Under the pieces are notes generated by a model. That model did no database searches. It had not been told where the DNA came from and saw only the letters and a program-made list of their open reading frames with translations. The position numbers and the translations under genes are program-made. Shown piece by piece: positions 25,956-40,622 of a DNA stretch of 64,000 nt (position 1 is the first letter of the stretch; the number at the start of each line of letters is the position of its first letter). This DNA is from Eledone cirrhosa. Its lineage: Eukaryota. The stretch is from assembly GCA_964016885.1 (NCBI GenBank), contig OZ024743.1:106206001-106270000 (forward strand). The letters are read 5' to 3'.

Positions 25956-28057
25956 TTTACTTAATGGTATAAGTGCGATGCAGAATAAAAGCGGTGATAA
26001 TAGTCACCATGAAAGATTCCACAATTAATATTAACTTCTCCAGCTTCCAGTGATTTTGTTTCACTATTCAAAAGGAGTGTCGTTTTCCATGTCTTCATAC
26101 TGAATGACAAAAACATCCTGACAACGGGGGATATTTTGAAAATCTCTAAACATTTTTCAATCCAACTGTGTGCAAACTATCGAATGCTCTTTTATAATCT
26201 ATCCAAGCAATCGATAGATTTTTGTGTCTATTATGACAATCTTCCAGTATCATTTTGTTAACCAGAAGCTGATCCTTACAGCCATATGAGCCTCGTTTAC
26301 ACCCTTTCTGCTCAATGGGAAATAGGTCATTTGTTATCAGGTGGTCATATGTGTATTCAGTTAGGACTGATGTTAAAATGTTATACATTGTGGTCAAGCA
26401 AGTTATCGGTCTGTTATTTTTGGGATTGTTTGTCTCATCATTCTTCGGAAGCAGGAATGTAATGCCGTTAACTAGCCATGATGGTATCTTTTCTGGCTCC
26501 TTAACTATTTCATTGTAAAGTTGGGCTAACAGCTCATGAGACTCTGTGAAGGCATTTATCCAAAGGTTTTGTATTTTGTCTTTTCCTGGGGATTTCCATT
26601 TGCTGGTTTTTCTTAGAGCCAAGCGCAACTGTTCAACTGTTATATTTTCCCATATTTGTTCCTCAAGGTGAGCTGTATCTTTCATTTGTCTGTCTATCCA
26701 TGGGGCATGTATGTTATGAACCTTTTCTTCGGACCAGATCTTTTACCAGAATGCTTGCACTTCCTCCTTGGGTGGTATTGATTTAGCAGTTATTGTTGAC
26801 TTACCAATTTTTCTGTAGAAGTTTCTTTGGTTGTTTTTGAACATATTATTGTCCTTATAGAATCTAAATCGTTTTTCAAAGCGCCTTATACGAGCAGCTT
26901 TGGCCGACACTTTTTGCTTGATTATTTCTATCAGCATGTCTATGTCACTTGTTGATTTTATACTGTACTTTTTTTTTCAATTTTCTAAGTTTAGTTTGTT
27001 TAACATGTTCACCTACTTTATAGTTTGTTAAAATTTCTATGTCAGATCGGAGAAGGTTTATTTGGCGATTGATGTTCTCTTACCAAGTAGATTTCTTGTG
27101 GGAATTCCTTTGTTTTTTCATCTTCACTCCACATAAGTGAGTGGTGACTGTAGCCGATGCATAATAGAGATGATTTAAGTCAGTAATGTTTAGTTTGTTT
27201 GTGATGATAATGTTTTTGAGAATTATGTTAGTCTTGTGTATTATCTTTTGGTTCTGTTTGGAGTTCTGGAACTTAGGGAGGGTGTCTCGTTGCCCCATGT
27301 CAGATTCTTTCATTTTCATCCATTCGATCATAATTTCATCCTTCAAGTTGACAAGTTCATTCTCATTCATTTCTTTATCATTTACGATCTCATTATTTTC
27401 ATTTGGAGTTTCATCTTGAGCATACACTCCCTCCTCTTTTTCGATCCTTTCTTTAATTTGTTCTGTTGCCAGTGATTCCACCCCAACCCTGGGATTCGAA
27501 GTCTTACAATTTACCTCGTTTTCACTGACACATGTTTCATTTTCCCTTCGCTGACTTTGTGCTAATAGCTTGATCTGATCAATTTCTATATCAGTTAGTA
27601 ACTTTTTTCTTACAATATTTCTTCGTATATTGGCTAGTTTGTTACTGTCAATATAGCCTCTGTTTTCGGGATGTTTCTTTTTCCAGTTGATATATGTCTG
27701 TTCTTTTTTCGATGTATTTGATGGGTAGTACATGGCAGTGTAGAAAGCCTCAAGGACTTCTTTATTATCTTCCCTTTGACATTTTTCTCTCTTTTTCTTT
27801 GGATTTCTTGGTGGTGAGCATGGAGGGCCAACAGTAGGAGTATTCCGGTTATGGGAGGTCTCCAGCTCCGAAGTGATGGGAAGGTTTGAACCATTAGCTG
27901 ATTTTTCGACCCCAGCCTGGTTCCTCTCTGAGGGACGCGGCCCTTTTTTACCCGGGTGACGGCCGATCCGGTATGAAATTTTATCAATAGATATTTACTT
28001 TATTTTGTCGCGTTTTATCCTTATCCGCCAAGGGGTAATCATTTCGTGTTACGACTT

Positions 28058-28154
28058 CTAGAACGAGTGTCAACCAAGACTAGAGGGGTCGTTCTCCCCT
28101 AGAGACACGGCTATTCCCCGCCGGCCGCCATCCCGGTATTTCTTGGTCACGGGG
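28058..28154 (-). ncRNA. Predicted nested double-pseudoknot RNA at the 5' terminus of the family B element
   Basis: Minus-strand RNA pairings: GACCAAGA/UCUUGGUU, GUGUC/GACAC, hairpin AGGGG/CCCCU whose 7-nt loop AGAACGA is exactly complementary to downstream UCGUUCU. Confidence 0.5.
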
Positions 28155-29140
28155 TTTTCTTTTTGTTGTTTTTTTTAAATTGTTATTATCATGAGTGGTT
28201 CCTTAATGTGAGCATTGCGTGGCTTAAGAATGAAATTATTAATAAGTGTCTCCACTTCAGGCACAAGGCCATCAATCACCCAGTGCATTACAATGATATA
28301 ATATACTTTTTGCTGTAGTTGCCTGTTATTGTTGTTGGCTATGTCGGTGGTGGTGCCGGAGCTTTATATATTGTTGGTGAGGAAGGGGTGAGCCAGCAGT
28401 CCCATAGTTGTTGATGTTGACGTTTGGCCGGTGGCCAGGTCACTAAGTCAATCTATTTATATCTTTTGCTAGCCTCTCCCTTGTCTAGTGATACCGCCAC
28501 CTTCCCCTTTCTCTCTCAAGTTAACAGGGGAAAAGTGGTGGTAGCAATGAAGGAGTAGTGGCGGCGGCGATGGGATAGTGGTAGCAAGATGATGGATGGG
28601 GTGGTGGCGGCGGTGGCTTTGTGGTTACTGGGTTTTGTGATATGTAGTATCTATGAGTTTTTGTTCGTATGTTTAATATATATTATGTTGACATATTCCC
28701 GTAAAATTGGAATTAAACATTTTGTTAAAACTTGAGACAATAATAAAAGTAATTATCATTATGGTTGCTGGGATTGGTGGTGGTGGTGGGGAAATTGCCG
28801 TTATCTGGCTGTTATATTTAGTGTGATGGGGTAGGTGGTGTATCAAGTTTCTGGTGTTGGTGAAATTGCTGTTATTTGGCTGTTCTATATAGTGAGGACA
28901 GAGGGTTTTCTTCCATTTATAACCATTTTATTTCTTGAATACAAAATATATAATACAAAATGTAATATTTGAGCGATATAACAATATAATATGGATCATA
29001 AATTTTATGGGACTTGATTCGGTGGTTTATGCAACATTTGTACAAAGAATTGTTATTTCACAATTGATTTAAATATGTTAAAAATCAAAAACTTACGGGA
29101 ATGATTTCATGACCTTCTACCACCACGTGCGTCTTCTTCC

Positions 29141-29208
<68 letters not shown>

Positions 29209-29209
<1 letters not shown>

Positions 29210-29396
29210 GGGCGGTGGATTGGCAGTAACGGTAGAGGGACGGACGCTAAGCTTTGACGTATAGAGTTACGGCCCTTGCCATTCTGAGTTCAAATCCCGC
29301 CGAGGTTAACTTTGCCTTTCATCCTTATGGGGTTGATAAAATAAAGTACCAGTAATACACTGGGTATTTGCTGGCCTTGAGCCAAAACTAGAAACA

Positions 29397-29437
<41 letters not shown>
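29209..29437 (+). mobile_element. tRNA-derived Deu/Nin-domain SINE, full length, with (ATT)n on both sides
   Basis: A box TGGCAGTAACGG; B box GAGTTCAAATCC; core TTGCCTTTCATCCTTATGGGGTTGATAAAATAAAGTACCAG; end AGAAACAATTATT. Confidence 0.88.
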
Positions 29438-30303
<866 letters not shown>

Positions 30304-30330
30304 GTTATTATTATTATTATTATTGTTATT

Positions 30331-33300
30331 GGCGACCTACGTAGGAAATCGTATCATCGTGAGCTCCGCAAAGGTTTGTTGTTTTCGTTTGTTTAAAATT
30401 GTCATTTATGGAAGATTTTTGTTGTTAACTATTTATAAGGTCAAACATTTGCTTTCGGAAAAGGACACTCCAAAAGATTGGGGTCTTGCGCCCAAAATTT
30501 AAACTTTTATAATTATTAAACAAAAAAATCTCTTTGGAAAATCCTGGACGACTCACAGCCACACATTCATCACAAACTAACACCTCACACCGACACCACC
30601 ATTGTAAATATTACTACGTTTGCCAACACTAAAAATATAAGCAGTAGCAATAATATAAATTTGTCTCATGCAGACATTTATTTCCCTCCATTATCAATGA
30701 CTGCAGGTGTTGAAGCCTGCAACCCCCACCACCACCACAGCGACAACAGAAACAAAATAAAAAAAAATTATCTCGTGACATCGAAATGGATTCACACAGA
30801 ATGGATTCTTCCACACCGAACACCACGGACGCCACCACCACCACAACTGAAACTAAAAATAACAATAACAAAAATAACGATAACAACAACAGCAACAACA
30901 ACAATGAGAATAAGAAAACTACCCTGTCATTTGCCAGAGTAGCAAAAAAGTGCGAAGCAATCCAGGTCACGCAGGAGGAATTAGATGAAGCCAAGAGAAT
31001 GGTAAAGAAAGATGGGTACAGGGTCAACCTCGTCCACCACCTAATAAAATGGGGCATCGGCGCCTATGCACCGTGTCTTATTGGACGATTAAAATAAAAC
31101 ACGCCGACTGGAACGAACATCCGAGTCCCAAATACAAAATACTTTGGGACATGTGTGGGCAGAAATATGGAACCGTGGACGTGTTCTTTGGAACACCACA
31201 GGAGACCAGAGAACACTCTATGGCCCCATTACGAAGCGACGATTTCACACTAGGTGTGTCGTTTGTGGTGAAGGAACCCACCTAAGGGCTTTCTGCCCAC
31301 AGGTTAAAAGGTTGAGGCTACCTTTATTACCCACCCCAGTGACTCAACCATCAACACCACCAGCAGCAGAAATGGCAAAAACAAATGTAGCAGCAACAAC
31401 AGAAGCAACTGTAACAGCAACAACCCCAGCAACAGTAGCAAATCCAACACCACCACCACCCAACGCGCCAGAACTAGCACCAGCGCCTACACCATCCACC
31501 ACGTCACAACCAAAACCAACGACTGGGGAGGATTTTCCACTCCCCAACCTATCGCAACTGGAGACAGATTGTGACGACGAGGAGTGGGAAACGGTATCAG
31601 GAAAAAAGAAAAAAAGAAAAAGAAGCCAAAAATAAAAAATCTTCTTCCTTTCCCCTCCAAAAACAAAACACAGAGGGAAACAAATAAACTATCAAACAAA
31701 AAAGTTAGGACAGCTATGACACCATCTACACCAGCATCACCACACACACCAACACCATCGCCATCATTAACCCCAACACTACCATCACCAGCACAACAAA
31801 TGTCACCAAAAAGCGAAACAGAAACAAACCCACAACAACCGCAAACAAAACAAAACAACCAAAACGATGCACACTACACAGCATTAAATTTGAACAACAG
31901 CCAATTATTACACTACATCCAACACAACACCAGCATCACAGAAAAAGATTACACAACAACCCAAAAGTTCACACCACCTCCACAAATACAAATCACTCGC
32001 ATCACACAGAAAACGTACAGGATACTAAAACAAAAGTTCCCCAAATACATCGGAGACTTTTCGACAAGCACTCTCCAGGAAGATTTATAATGACATCCTT
32101 CCGGAGGAGGCCACACACAGTGAAAAGGATGGAGAAACCATCCTTCCTCTACGAGAAGTAGGATAAGTGGTCTTTCCCATCTTTTCCACTCCATTTTAAC
32201 ATGACCTCACTCAGAATAGGCAGAATAAATGCGCGTGGCTTGGGGTCATCATGGAAGCAGGGACACCTGCTCAACGACCTCAGGTCACTAAACATAGATA
32301 TAGTGGCCATCAGCGAGACCAGAATCTCCGAAGCACGGACCTTCGCACCGATCTTCGGTGGCTACGATGTGTACAAATCTCCCAGCTGTCCTGCATCGGA
32401 GGGAGGAGTTGCTGTGCTTCTTCGGAGAGGTTTGGATCTCGCCATACGGGCCATCTTCCTGGACCAGAAGGTAAGTTGGTGGTGCTGGACGTGACCAGCG
32501 GAGACGGGCAAGCTTTCAGGCTACTGACCGTCTATGCCCCGACAGGAACAGGGCGGCCCGATTTCTTCCGGCGTCTGGAGACCTTTCTTGGAACGTGCCG
32601 CTCTTTTGTGTTAGTGGGCGACTGTAACGGGATCTTAGATGCACGCTGGGATGTCGGAATAGCGGATAATGGAGGAGGGTGCAAGAGCCTCACCAACCTG
32701 CTCAGGCGTTTTGAACTGTCTGACAGGTACCGATTGGATTTCCCGAATGTGCCAATGTGGACTTGGACAAACCGCATAGGGTCATCCACATCATATCTAG
32801 ATAGAGTATTTGGTAGGGAAATAGATAGCTCTAGCATAGTCTGTACACGATTCAAGATAGTCAGGTACACGGACCACAAATCCGTGATCTGTGTGATTGA
32901 CTTAGATAGGCTTCATAGACGAGGACCCGGCTACTGGAAGCTAAACGCGTCCTTACCAGCGCACAAGGCCTACAGAGACCAGATTAGCGAACTAGTTAAG
33001 CGAGCGTTGACGGAATCCATTGTCAACAACAAGTGGTGGTTTGCTCTGAAAAGAGCGATTAGAATAGAGTCCAATAGATTTAGTAAGGCTTTAGCAATAG
33101 AGAAGAATAGAGCAGAGGGAGAACTAGTTAGAAAATTAGACGAGGCGCTTAGCAAAGGCATCGCGACCGACGTACTTGCGGCGAAATTGGCTCTTGACCA
33201 ATTCTTCAAACCTCGACGGACTGCAGCGGCTCTCAGCCACTGAGGCGGAGTGTTGCGAAAAGCCGATAACAGCCGTTGAAGTACCCGAGGCAATGACTGT

Positions 33301-35529
33301 CTGCACAAGGATTAAATCGTCTGGTTAGCATGGTCTGCACTATGAACGTTACGTACAGAGGCCAGACTTGTTCGGAGGCCTCTTGGCGGACGTCTACTGC
33401 AACGGGTAACAGAACGGAAGAATTCCCAGCTCTGTGAGCAGAGGAGCGGTGGCGCTGCGGAGAAAGGATCCGAACAAGGGGGATAACATAGATAATTTCA
33501 GGCCCATAACTCTGCTAAACACAGAGTTCAACATTTTGGCCAAGCCGCTAGCAAAGAGGTTGGCGCTTGTCGTTGATTGTCTGGTGGGAGAGGCGCAGAC
33601 ATGCGACATTCTCGACAGATCCATCCACGAGAACCTCCACCTCATGCGATACATCGTAACTAGGGACCTGGAACGGGTGGGTCCTTCATCAATTTAGATC
33701 AGTCGAAAGCTTTTGATAGGCTCGACCATGGTTACCTGGCGGCAATTCTGAGGGCGGCTGGCTTTGGACCCGTCTTCAGAGGCTGGATCGCTGCCATGCA
33801 CAACGACATCTGCTCTGTGGTAAGAGTGAACGCTCACCTTTCGGAACCGTTCAACATCATGCGATCTGTCCGCCAAGGATGACCCCTCTCGTCACTCTTT
33901 TACGTATTAACTCTCGAGTGATTACTGCACAAATGGAGACGTTGAAGGGGATCCCGCGCGAACCAGGATGCGGAAGATCCGTGTCAGCATATGCAGACGA
34001 TGTCACCGTAGTGGTGTTGAACGCCAAACACATCGAGGCGATCGGCACTTAACTAAGAGAATACGAAGTGGTGACAAGAGCAATGATCAACCAGGAAAAG
34101 TCAGTGAGCCTGCAGCTCGGCACCTGGAGAGGCAGGTCCATGCCGTCCAACAGCGTCATCGGGCGCTGGACGGATGGATAGATTCAATTGCTAGGGATCT
34201 GGTTCGGTCCGAACTTCCAGACAGACAAAAACTGGGACTAGGTGACGAGTAGGGTGGCTTCTCTCACCCAGAAATGGGCCGTGAGGAAGCTATCCCTGAA
34301 ATGTCGAGAAGAGGTGGCTAACGCGTACATCCCGTCCGTCATCTACTACCGCCTGACCGTCGTACAATGTCCTAAGCCCCGCCTGACCGCGCTAGAGCGT
34401 TTGCTCTTTCGCTTCTTGTGGAAGGGACGCGCTCCGATGCTCAGGCGGTCCATCTGCTGTCAACATCCACTACGTGGAGGGCTGGGCATGCCGTGGCTGA
34501 TGATGCGCAGACACACGCTCTGGCTACATCTCAACCTCTTCCACAACGGTGTTCAGGTGTGGTCGCCGTTTGCTAAACGCGTCTTTCCCCAGCTCGTCTC
34601 CTTGACGGAGCTGTAGTCCTGGGTCAAGCGAAGACCGAGAGGGAGCGCTTGGAGACTGGAATGTCTTCAGGCGCTCACAGCCCTCGACCAATCGGGCAAT
34701 GTGATCGGTGGAAACTCAACCTTGGCGTTCTATATAGGATTAGTGGAGGGAAAGAGCGACGACGTACTTGGGGAAACTCTAGGCGTCGACGAAAATCAAC
34801 TAGCCAATCTCTTCGGAAGATCTTTCGGGCCGGGGTTTATGAACAACTTCCAGAAATCCCTGGCCTGGCAGTGCTACCGAGGAGCTTTGCCAGTTCGGGA
34901 TAAACTCTACAGGAATGGAGGTGCCGTCAGCCGGGCATGTCCGAGATGCGCGCAGGACGACGAAACCGCCTACACGCACTCGTCCAGTGTCCGAGCATTG
35001 CTGACTTGTGGGTTTATGTCGAACACCTGCTGTCGCGTGTAGGACGGATCCAGCTATCAGCTGAGTCCGTCGTGAGGATTGCCCCGCCCTCTTCCTTTAG
35101 CCGGGAAGGGCAGGCAGGTTTTATCTGTCTGGTGTCCATCTCGAAAGAGATAGTATGGTGGACACATTTGAAAGGGCTGAAGACGAGCACTTACCTCTTC
35201 GGTGATGCTCCGATTAACTTTTTCAAATTTCATTTGAAAAGGAAAATCAGGGTAGAGAGGGAAGTGCTCTCTTCCCAGCATTTTATTGAAAGATGGGTGA
35301 GAGAGCCAAGAATGGCCCGAGTGAATGGGCCTACTCTGAGTATGTGTCTGTAAATTAAAGGTGGAAAACAAGGAGAGGGCACTTGCCCTGGTGGTCAGGG
35401 TCACTGTGGATTTTTAATGGGCTTTCTCCACGAATGTCCCTCGGAAGTCTCCCCCGTTTGTACCGACCTGTATTTTTTTGTACTGTCCTTAATGTCTACT
35501 TCATGTAAAGCCTTGTGGTTAATAAAGAA

Positions 35530-35570
<41 letters not shown>
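30331..35570 (+). mobile_element. Tx1/L1-like APE non-LTR retrotransposon, near full length, disrupted
   Basis: ORF1 relic 30786-32090 with gag-like knuckle CVVCGEGTHLRAFC and a P/T-rich, basic tail. ORF2 from 32201: INARGL, ISET, GGVAVL, YAP, GDCN, WTW, LDRV, TDH, WKLN (APE). RT: FRPITLLNTE, DQSKAFDR, VRQG*PLS, YADD. C-terminal CPRC..ET..HALVQC. AATAAA then an (ATT)n tail; (ATT)n also precedes the 5' end. Confidence 0.92.
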
Positions 35571-35571
<1 letters not shown>

Positions 35572-35680
35572 TGCCTTTCATCCTTACGAGGTCGATAAAA
35601 TAAAGTACAATAATGTACTCGCTAATTGCTGGCCTTGTGCCTAAAGTAGAAACAATTATTATTATTATTATTATTATCAT
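35571..35680 (+). mobile_element. Headless (3' half) Deu/Nin SINE
   Basis: TTGCCTTTCATCCTTACGAGGTCGATAAAATAAAGTAC...AGAAACAATTATT directly after the Tx1 tail. Confidence 0.8.
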
Positions 35681-35892
35681 TGGCAGTATCGGTAGAGCGT
35701 CGGACACCGTGCATAGTTGGACGGAGATACAACCCTTTACGTTCTGATTTCACATCCCCCAGAGGTTAGCTTCGTCTTTCCTCCTTACGGGGTTGATAAA
35801 ATAAAGTACCAGTCACACACAGGAGCCTATTTAATCGACTCCCCCCAAATAAATTGCTGGCCTTTTGCCTCAAGTAGAAACAATTATCATTA
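35681..35892 (+). mobile_element. Deu/Nin SINE (longer variant)
   Basis: TGGCAGTATCGG A box, degenerate B box, core CCTTACGGGGTTGATAAAATAAAGTACCAG, end AGAAACAATTATC. Confidence 0.8.
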
Positions 35893-36649
35893 CCGGAAAA
35901 AGTAATTTTTATTGTTAACAAAGTTACAAATTAGAGGTCTAATCGATTAGTTTCTCAATACAGCGTACGTTCAGCTGGTTGTAAGACCAGTTAATGTGTA
36001 CCATAGTTCTGAAAACTATTAGAAGTCATGCCTTCCGATCATCCATTTGACGGTAATTGTGGCAAATGTGCATGATTAATTAAAGTCCTGCCGCACTGAT
36101 TTTGCATTTCCTTTTTCTGCAGCGGAAAAAAGGGGATATATTGTAGTCGCGTGTCAAATTCATTCAAGCAACTTCAATGGGGTCAATAATTAGAATTTAG
36201 CTTCTGAGTTCATATTGATTATTATTCATTCAGCAATATTGTACAGGGAATAATATTTCATGTGACATATCTCCTGAAAGCGAGGCCAATGTTTCATTGT
36301 CTTCTTACTGATGTAGAACATATTGAAACCTATTTCAGTTGATAAACGCTTCACAGGTTCTAGAATATATACAATATGTTCAGCAATAATCAAAGCGTAA
36401 GCTCAATATTCACACTAAAGATGTTAGGCACCAATAATAGTTATTTTTTAAAAATAATTGTAATGATTTAAAACATAATAACAATGAATATGTCAATACA
36501 AAATGGTGAAAGAAAATAGTTTCCATCGTTCAAACAAATCTTCTATGACGAATGTTGTTTGAACAAAGGATAGACTGCCAGTGGAATCAAAATATAAGTA
36601 TAAGGCACTATCAACGTATTTCTCAGGAAATTCGTTGCCGCATATTGAG

Positions 36650-36810
36650 TGATAAAGCCTGTCATTTGAATACAGGTAAAAAGCCTTTTCACCATCCGCG
36701 TCGAATGGAGCAATATGAAATAAATTGTTTTGCTCAAGGCGCCAGCATGACGCTGGAAAACGAAATCATGAAATAAAAATCATTGAGCGACCACCGTAAG
36801 CTGGAACGTT
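36650..36810 (-). mobile_element. Degenerate second-family SINE
   Basis: GGAGCAATATGAAATAAATTGTTTTGCTCAAGG motif related to 13158 and 48979. Confidence 0.5.
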
Positions 36811-37752
36811 ATATTGGATATTTTTGTAAAATTATGTCTGTACCCTATACCGCTAGAGATCATTTAGTACGGATCAAATTTGGTAGTTAAATGCGAATTC
36901 TAAAATCAAATATTAAATAAGGCTGGTAATAGTCAAATGTGGTTGCTCATTTTTAAAAAAAGGCTACAGTTAAACTGCGAATATTATATAACATTAAACA
37001 ATATACTACTTATATGAATTCTCTAGAAATAACGGCGCTGTGCCAAACTATATATATACGTATACATATTATAATATGTAGTGGTTTGTTTGAAGCATTG
37101 TCGATATAAAATACACAAGTGCGTATGTTAAGGAAATCTTAAAATGCTACTGGGTTACATATTACAGATGTGACAAGTCGGATGGAGGCTGTGAGAAGTG
37201 AGATAGAATGTAAAAATTGGTAGATGAAGGAAAATAACGAAAAGAATGTCTCAAGGTTACCATAGCAATTTATTAGACCTAAATATGGGGTTCTGAAGGG
37301 ATGGGGTGCTAAATAAACAAGTTATTGCCTTTTCGTTAATGTTCTTTAAATTTCGTTAGTATTACGATTAAACATACGCATGCGCATAAATGACTGTGTT
37401 GGACGCACAGACAGGGCATCTATATACTGATATGTGTGCGCATATGTAAGGACTTCGCTGTGTGTAAGTATATGTATGTCGTATGCGTGTCTATGTAAAT
37501 GTTCCCTTTGTTGTGCATATATGTGAATGTTAGTGTACATATGTAAATAAACATGTGTGTATAAAAGACGCGCGCGTGTGTGTGTGTGTATGTATGCTTA
37601 CATACACAGACTTATATCATTACATTTGCACACATATATAGATACGTACCTATTTACACATATATTTACTTACAGACGCACACACACACACATCCTTACA
37701 TATACACACACGCATGAGTACATATATGTCCTACCCGCCCATGCCGTGCATG

Positions 37753-37763
37753 TGTATGTTTAA

Positions 37764-37825
<62 letters not shown>

Positions 37826-37836
37826 TTAAACATACA
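37753..37836. repeat. Palindrome centred on (TA)n
   Basis: TGTATGTTTAACCA-(TA)n-TGGTTAAACATACA. Confidence 0.88.
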
Positions 37837-38006
37837 TATTATTACTCCAAGTGTTTACAACATAGGAATTACAGCATACCCGCAGCATCACTATGAAAAC
37901 GCCTTGTTGAGTCAAACCAAGCCAAGCGTTGATATCATCCACTACCTGGAATACCATAACTGGACTATACCTAAGTGGACTGCATCTAACTATTATTTGT
38001 TACCCC

Positions 38007-38040
<34 letters not shown>

Positions 38041-38149
38041 GGGGGGGCGTGTGTGTGTGTACGCGCGTGCGTGTGTGTGTCTAGGTATGTGTGTATATGA
38101 AGGTATCATGGCAAGTACTGAAACATTGCATAAAATAGAACATATGTGA

Positions 38150-38209
38150 ATACCAGCCCAGCAACAGCAGATGCAAACATCACCATCAGAAACAACATCG
38201 ATAGATCGA

Positions 38210-38277
<68 letters not shown>

Positions 38278-39650
38278 ATTGCACCAGAGAGAAGCGTTAC
38301 TGTGTTGGTATTTAGATTTGGAACTATGTGATGATATTTCTGTTATCCAGGAATTGGTTTTAGTATTCAGTGGCCAGGATTATGAGATTTTCATCTCGTC
38401 ATGGCATACAAGTCTGTTGATAATGAGAACATTTATAAGAACTAATCCTTAGAGTTACGTGAAATGCATACGGAATTGTATTTTGTTAGATATTGAACGG
38501 TGAGAAACGTTATGCTACATTATGACACGATGTGACAGTAAAGGCGATAGGGTGGAAGAAAGATTGAATATTGACAGTGTTAAAGTAGCTTTGTGTTTTT
38601 ACATGCCTTGATATAAAAATAATGAATAAAAAAGGAATATCATTATTAACAACTTTCCCCAACCCCAACCTGGTTTTTAACATCATTATCATGATCATCA
38701 TCATATTCAATGTTAATACGAGTACCTTCTTCGATGAGAGGATCCTTATCATTGTTATCATTATCATGATCGTCTCCATCAACATCATTATCATCATCGT
38801 CATAAAAAATCGACATGATTATTATCATCATCATCTCACACACCGTATCCTTGATACCGACAATTTCACCCACCAGCATTGTAATTGTTAGCCAAGATGA
38901 TCGTCAGTGCCAGGACACTCATCAGTCGCCACCATTATACGCATAACAGCAATACCATAGTGAATAAGTTGATGATGATTATCATTATCAAATTCTTCTA
39001 TAACTACAACAATAATATCAAAATCAATTTCATAAATAAAATTCAGTCGCCGTCACTGTCAACATTGCCAGCACCATGTGCATGCTCATTCTTGTTATCG
39101 TCGTTCCCCTCCTCATCATACTCCTGACTTAAATCTTCACCAGTTGCATCATTATTAACCATTCTGATAATACGTGGTCAGCATGTATATATATTTTTTT
39201 TATAATCACTGTCTCACCACCGGGTTTATAATTTCATCATTATCATCATAGCCCCCACCACGAAGAGGTTCATCACCAACGTAATCATTTTTATCACAAA
39301 CTGTCCAGTAATATCAATATCTTTATCATAACACCTGGCAATTTTACTAAGAATAGTAACCATAAAAATACATTGAAACGTTAACATCATTATAAACATG
39401 ATCATGAAGAACCTGATAATTATTGTCATCGTTAAAATCCTCACCACTATCACTGGCATCATCAACCTAATCCTCACCTCTATAATCCCCACCTGGATTA
39501 TGATAACTGGGCAAACGTTGCACAAAATTCATATTACAACAAATATCACAGTCAACATAGTCAAACGCCATGCAAACCAGCTTCGTTGTGTCCATCAATA
39601 TTTGTTAAAGATCATCATAAACTATATGGTCATTCTTATGACCGTTTCCC
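38150..39650. repeat. (TAG)n tract followed by decayed (ATC/CAT)-rich low-complexity sequence
   Basis: (TAG)n at 38210-38277; dense ATCATC-like degenerate triplets; the ORFs here are poly-I/M/D artefacts. Confidence 0.7.
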
Positions 39651-39733
39651 TTTAAATATTTCGGGTGTGTTTGAATATTTATTTTGCCTTTTTTTTAAAT
39701 TAATCATTTTCATTCATATCACAAATATCAATA

Positions 39734-39801
39734 TCTATCTATACATATATAGATAAAACTGAAGTTGTCTGTGTGTGTGTGTGTATGTGTGTGTGTGTAT
39801 G

Positions 39802-39853
<52 letters not shown>

Positions 39854-40622
39854 AATTTTGGCAAATCCATATTTTTACTCCGATTTACTTCAAACTTGCA
39901 TTTATATATTCCTTGCGGTCTAAAGATATTTATTAACTGCAGCTTTTATTTTTCAATTTTCTGTTGTTAAAGGCTAACATTTTAAGCTCTTTTTGTCATT
40001 TAGTTCGGCAATTTTGTCTACAATGTTCAAGAGAGACAACTCTTTAGTATTTTGAAAGAGTTACCTTTCTTTATAGACAATATTATCCCTACTTAAACGT
40101 ACATCCCTTGAAATTGTTAACTCCGAAGCGTTCGCCATCCGATATAACAGTTCGGTCTATATCACATTGGGTAGATTTACGAAGAGGCTATGGTTTCCTG
40201 TGGGGAAGGCCCAACATGCTGTGTGGTTGCATGACATGTCTTACTTAAGCATTGCAGGCTTTACTCTGTACAGTATGCATGCAGTTGCAATAGACATAAC
40301 TGATGATGTCTGTCCGGATAACTGGGTGCCAATCTATAAACCTCGAAAAGTACCTAACAGATTTTCTCCAAATGGAAGAAAAATCATACTCTAAGATTTA
40401 GAACGCTTAAAGAGTATCCAGCTGATTTTCTTCAGATTTTGCACATGCATGCAGATGTTTCACGATTCGGACCTGTTGGTGTTCTACATTTCCAGTAGAT
40501 GAACAATCATTCCCTGAGAATAATGGAATTCAAAAAGTACACAGCTACATTCCTCAATCTTTGCATATGCGTGTTGCTATTTCACGTTTACTACCCCGTG
40601 CAACGTCGGGTCCTGCTGCTAG
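39734..40622 (+). mobile_element. Non-autonomous Helitron
   Basis: 5' A|TCTAT...ATAAAACTGAAGTTGTCTG followed by (TG)n; 3' hairpin CCCG-TGCAACGT-CGGG (40595-40610) then CTAG|T at 40619-40623, consistent with insertion between A and T. Confidence 0.7.

Larger units (their letters stand above)
24163..28156 (-). mobile_element. R4/Dong-like RLE non-LTR retrotransposon, family B (near full length, few disablements)
   Basis: ORF pieces 27080..27733, 26743..26937, 26146..26685 (KWKSPGKD, RPITCL, EQKGCKRGSYGCKDQLL, WIDYKRAFDS) and 24345..25955. (AAT)n tail at 24165-24200; GC-rich 5' UTR to about 28155. Confidence 0.93.

Noticed and set aside
29209-29300. tRNA gene (A and B boxes)
   Set aside because: No cloverleaf; it is the head of a multi-copy SINE.
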